Assembly (NCBI RefSeq): GCF_009914755.1
Contig: NC_060931.1
Length of the DNA stretch: 64,000 bases
Reading direction: 5' to 3' (one strand)
Source of the DNA: the human T2T-CHM13v2.0 reference genome, Homo sapiens
Shown here: in pieces, positions 12,809 through 25,383 of the stretch
How positions within the stretch are numbered: position 1 is the first letter of the stretch
Layout: every line of letters starts with the position of its first letter
Notes under the pieces: generated by a model
Seen by the model: only the letters and a program-made list of their open reading frames with translations
Database searches by the model: none
Told to the model about the DNA's origin: nothing
Translations under genes and position numbers: made by a program

Positions 12809-14168
12809 TTGTTGCTATGACTTTTCTTTTTCCTCCTGTCACAACACACCTCTTCTTGGGTTCCTCATGGTCCATAGGTCATGGAGACTCCTAAATGTCT
12901 GACTAGAAGCCCCCATAAAACAATTCCTGATTAGTTTTAGATGAAGTGTATCAGTCTGTTGAATAGATCTCTGAGAGTGTTCAAAGGTGTTTTTTCTTAT
13001 AATTTTTAATACCTCTATCCCATCTCACTACATCCTTTCTGTGTTGCTCAGGCAAACTTCAAGAAAAGCCTGAGCAAACAGGTAGGACTTTCAACTTGTA
13101 CCCTGAATGTACAACTAAATCCAAAGCTAATGAAGTTCATTCAGATTAAAAGCACTTCATATGCCTACGACAGCTCTTTATATAATGCAGTTAGGGGTAG
13201 AAAATTCATGGTATTTCATGCTTACTTGTATGCTTTTCATGTGAAAAGATACAGTATAATAAAAGTTGAGGACTACTCATGTTAATTTATTATATTTTGC
13301 TGATATAGTCACATCAAGGGCTTAAGAAATATACTTCAACAGCAGCACAAATGAAGGAAGGATGGTTTAAGACATGGTGCATAAATGCTTTCCTTGCTGC
13401 CGCTTTTAATGACACTTCATTTAGAAATACACCCTCTTTCATATGGATAACACTCTATTTTAGAGTTAGACTTCTTTAGGAAAAGAAACTATAAAGTTCA
13501 CTGAGGTGATTGTTTAGTAAAAAATTTAATAAAATTATCCCCACATAAAGGTACTGAAATGTAACAAAAATAAAAGGTAGATGCCCCATAATTCTTATGA
13601 GCATTAACTTTTAGAGAAAATCTATTTTACATATCAATTTAGTTTATTTAACACATTTCACATAGCATGTAAATAAGAAGTGCTTTATGTAATTTTAATT
13701 GGGTGGGTTTAGTGCCTTTGAAATTATAACAGGAGCAATTTATATTTAAGTAAAACACATAAAATCTGTGCTGTCTGTTCACTAAAAAAAGTGATCTTGA
13801 AAATATCATCTGTGATATGAATCAACAAATACTGAGCACCTACATACAGAAAACACTAAGTTGGACTGGGCGGGGAAGTAGAGCCAGAAGAAAAGCCATA
13901 CCCAGGGAATTGGTAATCAAATCAGACATTTTGTAAAACTATATATGCATGTCAACTTAAGTAACTATATATATCAATATGTAATGTGGACTAAATGAGG
14001 AGTGCAGGTAATAAGCACCAGAAGAATTTAGACGAGAAAAAGATTGCAGTGGGCTTGAAACAATTGCCAGTCTTCAAAGAGAAGGCCCTATTTAAGAGTT
14101 GAGAGTAGATTATATGTAATAATCAGAGAAAAGAGAAAGGGGGTAGCTGATTAATAAACTGCAGTGGG

Positions 14169-14350
14169 CAGAGGCACATTCTCTGGGAAGCAAAGGAAGT
14201 GCAGGGGGCATGGGCCCCTTCCAAAGCCTGTACTTTATGTTGTGTTTGTAAATTTTCTTCCTTCCTTCCTTTCCCTCCCTCCCTCCCTCCCTTCCTTCCT
14301 TCCGGAACACCTCCCAAGTTGCGTAAGTTTCAGATCCACCCAAAATTTCA
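14169..14350. mobile_element. MER53-like hAT MITE carrying an expanded (TTCC/TCCC)n tract at 14256-14303
   Basis: GCATGGGCCCCTTCCAAAGCCTGTAC and CCCAAGTTGCGTAAGTTTCAGATCCACCCAAAA resemble remembered MER53 consensus. Confidence 0.65.
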
Positions 14351-14649
14351 AGTTTTATTGGCTAATGGAACAAAATTTACGGGGAAATATGATTTGTTTT
14401 TAAGACAATAAATAGGCTAGTTTTGATTGGGCACAGAGTTCATGTTAAAGTGTCCCAGGGGAATGAATGGAAGGGTAGGTCAAGACCAAATTGCAGAAGT
14501 CATTTCTTTTCATACTAACGTACTAAATAATTTGAAAATTTATTCTATGTATAATAGAAAATTACCAAAACATGTTAAGGGAATTAGTGAATATTTATTG
14601 ATCTCTCACTGTATATACCAGAGAGTGATAATCATATATCTCATGTAGG

Positions 14650-14810
14650 CTTAATAATAGTCATAAAAGGCAGATATCATTACTCTAATTGAAAGACCTG
14701 AGGCTCAGAGAAGAAGCTTCTCAAAGGTCATGAAGTAACTAATGGTGGAATCTGGGACTCTAAAACACATCCTTCTGACTCTAATACTCAGCCTTTTCCC
14801 TATCCATGCA
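14650..14810 (-). mobile_element. MIR fragment
   Basis: CTGAGGCTCAGAGA...AAGGTCA...TTCTGACTC core. Confidence 0.7.
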
Positions 14811-15786
14811 ACAGAAGACTGGGAAGAAGAATCTAACAGTAATAGCTAAAATAAGGTGAGTTTGAGTAGAAAAAAGAGGAAGAACCAGGAGGCAGAAGAA
14901 TAGATAGCTCCGAACAAGAACTTCAAGAATTTAGTGATCTATCTATGCCTTTCCCTTTGTTTGGGAAGCAATACCATAGGAGAAAAGAAATATAAACACT
15001 CGATAAAGTATCTTTTTTTTTTTTAACACATCACTGCACTATTCAACAAAAAGCACCAAAAAGGAGCAAAAAAGTAAAGTTTAATTTCTACTTCTGCCTA
15101 AAATGTCTGCTTTTTGATTCGCTGATGTTTTTAACTATAAAAGATGTGATGGTCCCTTCTTAGTGATAGAGAATTATCTCCAACTCTCATTCAATATTTC
15201 TTATATTTACTTGTATTATAATTGCTTTTGAACATACTTTGCTAGATTATAACTTCTTTGCAGGCAGGGTCTGTGACTAATATGTTTTAGCAGAATTGAA
15301 CTCATTACCTTAGACCATGTTAATAGCTACTGAAAATACACAAAGGCACACATACACACACGCACACACACACAGATGCCATTATAGACATTTTGACGTC
15401 TAAAAAATGGCCTTCCTTTTTTTAACATAACTTTTGAACACACAGGTGTGATGAAGGAGTGGAGGGAAAAGAAGAGAGGGTTTAGACTTAATCAAGTCAA
15501 TTGGCTGCAGGAAAGACAAGCATAGTGGCCACATGGAGGAGATGCCATTTGCCAGACAAATGACATAGGATATCGGATGAGACCATTTGTGCCTTGGATA
15601 TTGTATAATTTTTACCAATTCTTTGTTTTATAAAAAAGCAAATATTCATGATTTTAAAAATCCTATTGGTTTCCAATTTATCTTCCATTTTGTCAGATAA
15701 TGTATCTTTTTAATACTGAGATCAAATTCCATTACCCCCTTTTTAAATATATTTATTAGCTCCCCACAATTTATATTCTAAGGAAA

Positions 15787-16012
15787 CAGTGTAGTGATTA
15801 AAAGTGAAGGCCTTGGAGTCACACAAAATGAGGTTCAAATTGCAGCTCAACCTCTGGCTAAGACTGGCCTTAGCCAAGTCATTTTTTTTTTATTTAATAA
15901 GTTTCAGTTTCTGTCTGTCACTCATCATGAGCATGATTATTCCAAGGTTTTAATAAGGAGTAAATGGAATGAGCCATGAAAATGTGCATAGTACAGCTAA
16001 TATTCAGTATGC
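15787..16012 (+). mobile_element. MIR
   Basis: GTGTAGTGATTAAAAGTG...TGGAGTCA...GGTTCAAAT...TTTCAGTTTCT. Confidence 0.65.
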
Positions 16013-16014
16013 AT

Positions 16015-16390
16015 TAGTATTAGCAAAAGTTCTCCAGAAAAACAGAACCAATAGGAAGTTAGAAGAAGGGGAAGAGAGAAAAAGAGAAAGAGATTTGAAA
16101 AACAACAAAAAAATGGCTCACATTATTGTGAAGGCTAGCAAGTCTGAAATCGGTAGGGCAGTCCAGTAGCTGGAAACAGGCAGGATTTCTATGTTACAGC
16201 CTCAAGACAGCGTTCTATCTTCTCTGAGAAACTTGTTTTTGCTCTTAAAATCTCAACTGAGTGAGGCCCACCATATTATAGAGGGTAATAACACCACAAA
16301 ATACCTTCATGGCAACACTTAGACTAGAATTTGACCAAACAACTGGGCACCAAAATCTGGCAAATTTGACATATAAAATTCACCATGACA
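16015..16390 (-). mobile_element. MLT2C/D (ERVL) LTR
   Basis: GTTCTCCAGAAAAACAGAACCAATAGGA...TGGCTCACATTATTGTGAAGGCTAGCAAGTCTGAAATC...TTGACATATAAAATTCACCATGACA. Confidence 0.85.
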
Positions 16391-18834
16391 GGTTTATTAC
16401 TAAGGAAAAGACCAGACTTCTTTGTAATTGCTTGAAAACATGTGCTTTCTCGTGTCTCTCTGTCTTCTTCATGGACTAACCACCTGTGTATCCTTGAAAA
16501 ATCTCACCCTACTTCTCTGCATGGCAAACTCATACTAATCTTCGTAGTCTCAGGTAATTTATTACCCTTTCTGCTAGAATTTTCTTGCCACTCAAGGCAG
16601 CATTTTGTGTATCTTCCATATTGAAACAGTGCTTTGTGTACATCCTCTTGAAAGTAACACCATGAAAGATTAACTTTTTTCCTTTCTGTTTGTATCTTTT
16701 TAGCACTCACAGTTGGTATAGAGGAAAAATTTGAATGTTAAATTAGGTTTTGAATGAATATTTGAATAACAAATGATGGAAAGAAGAAAAGAGGGAAGGA
16801 ATCAAAGAAGAAGGAAGAAAAGAATTGGAAAGAAGAAAGCAAAGGATTATAATAAATAAAAAAAAGAAAGAAAAAAAAAGGATTAATTTCTTTCCACAAT
16901 TTGCTCTTCAATATTCCTCATTGCCCACAATATTTTTCACCCACCCTGTTTAGCTCAAGATGATGACATGATAAAATATGTGTCTATAATCTTCTTAAAC
17001 TAGAGAGCTAAGCAATATAGGCAATATTTATTTTTGTATGCAACATAAAACCAGAACTGAAGATTTTGTGGCAGACTTTGAGATTGAGATAAAAGCTGAC
17101 TGTGCCTTCTGAAATTTTTTAAAACAAATTTGTGATTAATTTTTATGAAAGATTAGGTAACACCTAAATATTTTATTAGGTATCCCATCATGTGTTAAAT
17201 GTCTTTATCATAGTCAATGTGAGAATCAAGTCTAGGCCACCATATCAACCTTCTTGTCAATGCCTTCATGCAGATAATCCCTGGATATGCTAGAAGTGAG
17301 AGGTCATGAAAACCATTTTCTGGAATGAGATTATTATTTCTCATATGAAAATACATCACTTATGGGTAGATTTTTCAAGTTGCTGCCTTCTGAATGGCTA
17401 TGTCTTCTCCGCTGGTTTAATCTTAGTCACCTCCTCTGCAATGAGTTGAAGACATGCTTTGCTTTTGGATCCTGTATAGTTGATGATGACACATGGAAAA
17501 TCAACAAACTCCTTTAAAATTTGTAGTTCCTAAGAAGGTGGCACAATATGCGTAATTCCAACTCTGCAGTAGGAAAGCTTAAAGTGTCCTTGTTTTAAAT
17601 TGGTATTCCACATCTGTAGACAAGTGAGGAACCAAACATTGTAGGGCTATATATACCACAATACAGTTGAAAATATAAGCTTAGCCTTAGTAAAGAGAAA
17701 AAAAAAATGGAGTCTAATGACTAAGTCAACAAGTGGGTAGACAGACCTTTCTTTTTGTTTTTTCTTTCAGCATAAAGTTTTAGTTTTAAATATTAATTTC
17801 ATCTCAGTTGTCCTATTTAAGAAAATGAAGTAATGCCTCCCTTTTAAATATCATGGTAAAAATCTTTGTTAACATTTCTAAATTCTGAGGAGAAAATTTA
17901 ATAGAATTATTATAAAGGGCAATGATACAGAGATAGATAAGAATCCTCAGGCAGACTTTGGAGAAAACAGCTCTAAAGGTGGAGAGGAGAGAGAGAGAGT
18001 ACAACGTTTCAGCCTTTTAAGCCTACAAAATTAGCATCCTAATCATATTGCACTCATTTCCATTTTTCAGTCATATGGGCCCTTTACCTTACTTTTATCG
18101 ACGTAAATTCATGTTTTAATTGTTGATTTTGTTAATTACAGACTGTATTGGCTGTCTTCCTTTGCATGAATTTTCTTCATGAGTTTTAGAATTTGGCTTT
18201 GCGGGGTCATTTTGAGTAGCAGTATTTTTGTTAATTTGGTTTGGTTTGATTTAGATTTTGATTTGGTTTTCTTTTTTTCTTATCTTGGCTTAGTTCTTGG
18301 TCACAAGATGGTTCTTTGTCCTCCTGTCTCCCTAAGCCTGTAGTTTGCATAAAGCCGTACTTTGGATAGCCTGAATTCTAGCTTCCTTCATGAGCTCAGA
18401 GCCCTTGGTATCCCCTGCTTCAAAAAGCAAGACTTGGACACAGAAACTGAGACCCTACTCTTACTGCCAGCTTCTGACTCAGGAACCAAAAAGTAATTTA
18501 CTTTCAGCTGTACTTTTCAATTTGAATTTATGGGTTTTGTTGTTGTTGTTGTTGTTTGTTTTCTGGTCTAAGAAGATATCGGTTCACTTTTGAGTCAGAC
18601 TTTGTGTTGCTGTTTTTGTTGTTGTTGTTGTTTGTTTTTTTCTTTTTATATTTTATCTTTCCCCATTAAATGTTTAGAACACAGGCTTGCTTCAAAATAG
18701 CTACTGAAAAAGCCATCATGACTGGGTGTCTTAGGGCTCTTTAATGTTGAATAATAGACTGAAAATAGGTTAAACATCCTATTATGACTCAATTGTTCTC
18801 TAATTTTAATATGTCCAAGGGTCACTACAGGACT

Positions 18835-18950
18835 TGGTTACAAAGCAGGTCCCCAAACTCCACCTTTAGAGATTCTCATTCAGTGTGGTTGGCGGTAGGG
18901 TGGTGCCTTAGGCATCTACGGTTTTAATAATTCATTTAACTGATGTGGCC
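18835..18950. mobile_element. MER5A fragment
   Basis: AGAGATTCTCATTCAGTG...CCTTAGGCATCT...TTTTAATAA. Confidence 0.55.
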
Positions 18951-20639
18951 TGTTCCGACAGGGGTTAGTTGATAGAGTCTCAGAAACAAATAGCTAGAGT
19001 TCATTACAATTCAAACATGAAGAGGATTGGTTATGCTGACAGACAGCTCTGTTTTTGTGTTTGGGGAAGCTATTTGTGTGACCCTCCAAGATTCAGACCA
19101 TCTTGTGAATAAAGGGAAACAACAGACCCTAATGAATGAGAATTCATTGCAATCCACAGAAAGGAACACAGCCAGTCATTCAGTTGAGTTCTATGTAGGG
19201 TGGCAGGAAGGAAATTTCAAATCAGAGATCTATCACAAAGGAAAAAAAATAGGTTTAATATAATGTTTCCTATTAATTAAACATTTTAACATAACTTTGT
19301 AGCAAGAGCATTTGTCCTATAGTCCAGAAATTCCCATGAGTACTAAGAAAGGCCAAAAGGGAATATGCCACTCAACAATATTCTGTGAAATAATCACCTG
19401 TGGGAATTCATGAAAAAATGGATTAAAGTATTAAATTTATACTGAAAATAACATGGCTAATAAGTGGCTTAATGACAATGATATGAAACAATGAAAAAAC
19501 TGTAGATGGCAGGCAGCTGATGAATTCCTAACTGTATTGATGTGGAAGTTCTTAACAGCAAGAAAATGGCAAAGCCTTCTTTACTTATTTGCATGTCACT
19601 CCATTTTTGAATTAGAAAATGAGTGAGTAACTAGTATCTCAGGATCTTCTGATTTGCAGTAGCTAAACAGAGTCAATTCCATACTATGAGGCATTATGCA
19701 AAGGAATAGTATTTAAGCTTAGGACTTGAAAATTATATTTTTCTGTATGAGTGTGGGGATGTGGGCGGATCCCTTTTCCAAAAAATGTGTCAAAATTGAG
19801 AAAGTTATGATCATTACTTTGCAAAATAGACATTAACTGCTATAAAAATTTCTCTTTGCCTACTCGTCTCTAAATCATTTTAATATATGGGATAAAAGGA
19901 CCAAAACTTGCTTGCTTTTTCTACTGTGATCTTTAAATGGATCAGGCTTAGTGGTTTGCCATCAGATCGTAAAAAATTAAAACAGCTCCTCTATACATTC
20001 AGCTAGAATTTCCACTGGGGCATAGATATACTTCTTATGAACATATCTGTGACCCTTTCATAGAAATTTATACTGGAAAATTCAGAACAACAGGTGTTTT
20101 AGAACATGTGTTTACATTTTCAGTTTGAAATAATGCCAGCTAAAAGAGAAACTGAAGATAAATATCTGTAAAAGGAATATCTGACTGAAAGAAAGGGTTT
20201 ATATAGTGCCTAAGTGGGAGAATTTCCATTGATAGAAATAATGTAGTTTGATGAGTACCCTTCAGGAATATGCAGTCAAGAAAATCATACAAGATCACAA
20301 ACTTTTAGTAAAGTCAGCACAGTGCTTCAAACTAGCAAATTTACCTAAAGTGTTAGGAAATTTACATCAACTTTTACTAGTAAAATACTGCTTACATTGC
20401 AATATTTCTTTTTCTAAGACCAGCAATATCTGTCTAATAACTGTCATCCATTTTTTATAAATGTAGCTAGGTACTGTAAAAATGTCTCCTGATTAACTAA
20501 GGAGGTGAAAAATCAAATTAGGAAATATAGCATATCTTTTGAGATATGGGTTTGAAAACTATGGTGTCAATATGTAATATGTAAACATTCCTGAATAAAA
20601 TATGAATTTTTATGAATGTGGTATTTGAGTGACTTCATA

Positions 20640-20812
20640 TGGAGGCAATATAGTTCAGGGGCTAAGGTATAGAATTTACAAACAGACCTTGAATCAATTG
20701 GCATCAGGCTCTATCCTTGTACTAGCTACATGACCTTGAGTATAATTGTTTCTCATTTGCATAAAGAAATTGTGCAAGGTAATGTAGGTAATATCACATA
20801 GCACAGAGCCTA
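20640..20812 (+). mobile_element. MIR fragment
   Basis: GGAGGCAATATAG...ATGACCTTG...TTTCTCATTTG...TAGCACAGAGCCT. Confidence 0.6.
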
Positions 20813-20990
20813 CACCTCTCATTCTCCTGGAAATATGTGTGTGTTGTGGGAGGGGATAAAGTGATAGTGCTGTAAAGTGGGGATGAGAAGAGGGAAGTGA
20901 CTGAATATAGCACACAATACCTTGTTCTAGGGATGAAATATCAAAATACAATTGATCAGTTATCTGAAAGTGTATAGATAGAAAATACGT

Positions 20991-21878
20991 TGTGGTGGAC
21001 AAGGTGTATTAGTCAGAGTTCTCTAGAAGGACAGGACTAATAGGACAGATGTACACATGAAAGGAGCTTATTAAGGAGTATTGACTCACAGGATCACACC
21101 ACGTTAGGCCGTCTGTAATCTGAGGAGCAAGGAAGCCAGTCTGAGTCCCAAAACCTCAAAAGTAAGGAAGCTGACAGTGCAGCCTTCAGTCTGTGGCCAA
21201 AGCCCTGAGAGCCCCTGGCAAACCACTGGTGTCCATTCAAGAGTCCAAAAACTGAAGAAACTGGAGTCTGATGTTTGAGGGCAGGAAGCATCCAGCACAG
21301 GAAAAAGATGGAGGCCAGAAGACTCAGCAAGTCTGCTCTTTCCATTCCTGCTTTTCTGCTGGCAGCTGATTAGATGGTGCTCACCAAGACTGATGGTGGG
21401 TATTCCCCTCCCAGTCCACTGACTCAAATATTAATTTCCTTTGGCAACACCCTCACAGACACACCCAGGAACAATACTTTGCATCCTTCAATCCAATCAA
21501 GTTGACACTCAATCATTGCACAAGGTGATTTGCTGCTTGAATCTTCAAGGAAGGGTTTGTTACCCAGCTGGTAGGGATTCTGCCTTCAGGCAGAATCTAT
21601 TGGTCAGGGTCAAAGTTTACCCTTTCTAGGTAGTTCATATCCAGTGACTGATGGAGGCAGAAATATAAAGGTTTGGCCTTCCCAGTTTGGTGGGCCATAT
21701 ATTCCAGGGGTTGACCAAGGTTTTTTCAAGCCACCATCATAGTTCAATTTCTCCCTTTGCCCAGTTCTACTTCCTTCTCATCTCTTCCACATGAATGAAA
21801 TCTCTAATAAATATCTTGCACTCCAAATTTGTCTCAAACAAGTTTGAGAACTCAGGTTGGAGAACCCAACCTGAGTAC
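20991..21878 (+). mobile_element. LTR16-like ERVL LTR, split by the MLT2A insertion
   Basis: TGTGG start; TCCAGTGACTGAT...ATATAAAGG; CTAATAAATATCTTGCAC; GAGAACCCAACCTGAGTACA end. Confidence 0.6.
21005..21520 (-). mobile_element. MLT2A (MLT2A2-like) solo LTR
   Basis: TGTATTAGTCAGAGTTCTCTAGA...CAATCCAATCAAGTTGACACTCA; perfect TSD CAAGG at 21000-21004 and 21521-21525. Confidence 0.93.
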
Positions 21879-21995
21879 AAACTCTGGCAATAGTGGCTTT
21901 AAAGTCCTGGGAAGCAAGCACACTAGACCTTGTCTTTCAAGAGCATACCTCCATATCCAGTGGAGCTTTTGAGTAAAAAGTTGGTGAGGTTCTGA

Positions 21996-22993
21996 TTAAA
22001 AAAGTAGGCAAAGAATATGAATAGATATTCTCAAAAAAGACATACAAATGGCCAACAGGTATGTAAAAAAATGTCTAACATCGTGAATCATCAGAGAAAT
22101 GCAAGTTAAAACACAATGAGATATTACCTCACATCTGTTAGAATGGCTATTATCAAAAAGATGAAAAATAATTGTTAGAGAGGATATGGAGAAAAGGGAA
22201 CCCTTGCACATTGTTGATAGTAATGCCAATTAATACAGTCATTAAGGAAGACAGTATGGAATTTCCTCAAAAAATTAACAATGTATTAAGTTTTGGGGGA
22301 GTCAAAATAAAAATTAAATAAATAAAAATAGAACTACCATATGATCTAGCAATCTCACTACTGGGGATATATCCAAAGGAAATGAAATCAGTATGCCAAA
22401 AAGATATCTGCCCTCCCATATTTATTGCAGCATTATTCACAATAGCCAAGGTATGGAATCAACCTAAGTATTCATCAGTGGATGAATGGCTAAATCAATT
22501 GTGGTATATAGACACATAGAATACTACTCAGCCTTTAAAAAGAAGGGAATTATGTCATCTGTGACAACATGGATGAACCTAGAGAACATTATTGCAAGTG
22601 AAATAAGCCAGTCACAGTAAGACAAATTATATGATCTCATTTATGTGTGAAATCTAACAAAGTTAAACTTTTAAAAGTAGAGCAGAATTTTTACCAGGGG
22701 CCGATGGAGAAAGGGAGGTTGAGGAGATGGTCAAACAGTAGATACAAATATTCAATTAGATAGGAATAAATTCAAGAAGTCTATTGTACAACATGGCGAC
22801 ATAGTTAATAACAATGTATTGTATTCTTAAAAATTGCTAAAAAAGTAGATTTGTTTTCAGCAGAAAAGAATAAGTATGTGAAGTAATTCATCTTCTAATT
22901 AGCTCAATTTAGTCATTCCAACTTGTATACATATTTCAAAACAATGTGTTGCATATGATACATATAAACAATTTTTGTCAATTTAAAAATAAA
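21996..22993 (+). mobile_element. L1MA 3' ~1 kb (ORF2 C-terminus and 3' UTR)
   Basis: GACATACAAATGGCCAACAGGTATG; TTATTGCAGCATTATTCACAATAGCCAAG; TTGTACAACATGGCGACTATAGTTAATAAC; A-rich end. Confidence 0.93.
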
Positions 22994-23648
22994 CAGTGAT
23001 AGCACAGTGATGGCAAAAATAAGTAAAAAGGAACCTGTGAGGTTTATAAAATGAAGTGGTATTATAATACCTGTGTGTATGCTTGCTTGTCCAAATATAC
23101 CTGGTGCAGAATTCTTTCAAACTGATATCTCTATACCCAGGTTATACAAGCAGTGGCTAGGGCCATAACTAAAAGGATGATCTGAGACGTAAATGGAAGC
23201 TATTGTTGTGGCAATCACTTTGAGAAATCTTTCCCAATAGCAGTGATTGATTTGCATTGATTCGTTACATTCATTTTTTTGTCTTTTGTCATTGCGTTCT
23301 TTTTAAAAATCTACTGTTTCCAAGTATAGATATTTGCTAGATGGCAGGCTTGATTGGAACTATCATCTCTGACTAAGGAATTTAGTGACTATTGATGACC
23401 TCCATCAGTCATTGGATGATTATTCTTCAGGGTGAGCTAATCATAGCTGATGGCATCACCCTTTATCTAGAACTTCCCTGCCAGGCCTGTGGCAGAATAT
23501 AGTAAACGTTGTTATTGTCATATAAATTATGAAAAAAATTAATGAAACAGTTACGTCTGCAGCCAATTGGGTAAACCAAAGGGCTTTGGACTTCTACTTC
23601 TTGGGTATAGCAGAATTAATTGAAGTAAAAGTGTACTATAAGATCAAG

Positions 23649-24035
23649 TGTATTGGGCCATTTGCATTGCTATAGTGAAATACTCGAGGCTGGATAATTT
23701 ATAAAGAAAAGAGGTTTAGTTGGCTCACATTCTGCAGGCTGTACAAGCATGGCACCAACATCTGGCTTCTGGTGAAGGCCTCAGGAAGCTTACAAAGCAG
23801 GAGTAGGCAAGTTACATGGTGAAAGCAGGAGCAAGAGAAAGAGGTGGGGAGATGCCACACACTTCCAAACAACCAGGTATCACGAGAACTCACTCACTAT
23901 CATGAGGACAGCACCAAGCCACTCATGAGGGATCTGCCCCAGTAATTCAATCATCTCCCACCAGGCCTTGCCTCCAACTTTTGGGATTACATTTCATCAT
24001 GAGATTTGGAGGGGACAAACATACAAACTATATCA
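23649..24035 (-). mobile_element. MSTA/MSTB solo LTR
   Basis: TGTATTGGGCCATTTGCATTGCTATA...GAGATTTGGAGGGGACAAACATACAAACTATATCA; flanks ATCAAG/GTCAAG. Confidence 0.92.
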
Positions 24036-24284
24036 GTCAAGAATACCAAGGTAAATAATCAAATATCAGAAGTCAGTGTTGGCTTGTCAGGCTGGGTTTG
24101 ACAAAGTATAGATCATGTTCTTAGAATATAAAATTAAAAAAAGGTCAAGAATGTAATAACTAAATTAGGTCACCAAAGCAAATTTCAAGGTGGAGACTCT
24201 AGGAATTCAAATGAAGAGGAATAGAGGAAACACAGGTCACAGTCTATGAACATATGATTAGTCTGTAGTCAAAGTTAGTAATAC

Positions 24285-24530
24285 AGTAATAAAAATGAAA
24301 TTTACTGAGCACCTACTATGTGCTGTCCACTTGGGTAAGCTGTCTGCATTGATGAGATAACAGTTGTTATTAACCTTATTTCACTAGGTTTAGAGAGGTT
24401 AAGTAACTTGCCCAATCACACAACTAATGAGTAGTGGAGGCAAAATTTTAATCAATGAACACATGCTATACTACATGTAGCATGGGTTTAACCCATGCTA
24501 TAAACCATTATGTACTAATACCTCTCCATG
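24285..24530 (-). mobile_element. MIR
   Basis: ATTTACTGAGCACCTACTATGTGC...AGAGAGGTTAAGTAACTTGCCCAA. Confidence 0.8.
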
Positions 24531-25311
24531 GTACAACCTGATAAATAGATCAGAAGGAGAGAGAAGACTTCTAATATTTGACTCTACCTGATAGTGTTTT
24601 TGGTAACTCAATAAAACTTTATAGGTTAACCCTTAATGCTGCATCTAATTGTCTATGCAGGTAATTTATCTAAATTGATCAACCTTAATGGTAATTTAGT
24701 CTGTCTGTATAAGTGCACTTTTAGCAAAGGATAATCATTGATAAGTTTTCATTACACATAATTGCTGCTTGCCTGATCACATTATTTGTCAGTTGAGGGC
24801 ATTTATAGAATAATATAAGACAGTAGTATACAATCTATGCAATCTATTATAAATAATATATATTTATAGTACATAATATTGTAGGACTCCATAAATTTCA
24901 TGAAGATAATAAAATATTAGTTACAAGTGATTTACCTACTGTACCAAGAAATTACTATACACCATCCATTTTACAATTACTGTAAGCATATGAAACAAAT
25001 TAAATTGTTCATATTGGGATTCTATTATGAGTTTCCAATATTAGAATGAATAACACTCTTAAGAGATATAATTAAGATAATTTGTTTAAAATGAGTCCAG
25101 CCTAGATTTCTCCCTCCTCCTGCATCAACTATATTTTACCGGTCCTCTTCTTTGTAATCTATAATGTTGTTCACCATGGAGGGATGTGGTAGTATAGTCC
25201 AAAATAAACTGGTGCAGTCATTAGCCAGTCAAGCACTCACACAATATGTGAAAGAACATACAAAGTCGACCTTACTTCAGGTTCAAGTGACCTATTCAAC
25301 CCCACTTAGCG

Positions 25312-25340
25312 CCTCTCTCTTTCTCTTTCACTCTCTCTCA

Positions 25341-25381
<41 letters not shown>

Positions 25382-25383
25382 CG
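25312..25383. repeat. (CT)n-(GT)n-(GC)n compound microsatellite, potential Z-DNA
   Basis: GTGTGT...GTGCGCGCGTGTGTGTGCGC alternating purine-pyrimidine tract 25341-25384. Confidence 0.95.

Noticed and set aside
17745-17860. Strong acceptor-like tract ending TTCTTTCAG at 17770 (similar ones at 5116 and 28956)
   Set aside because: No convincing paired donor; such sites are common by chance.
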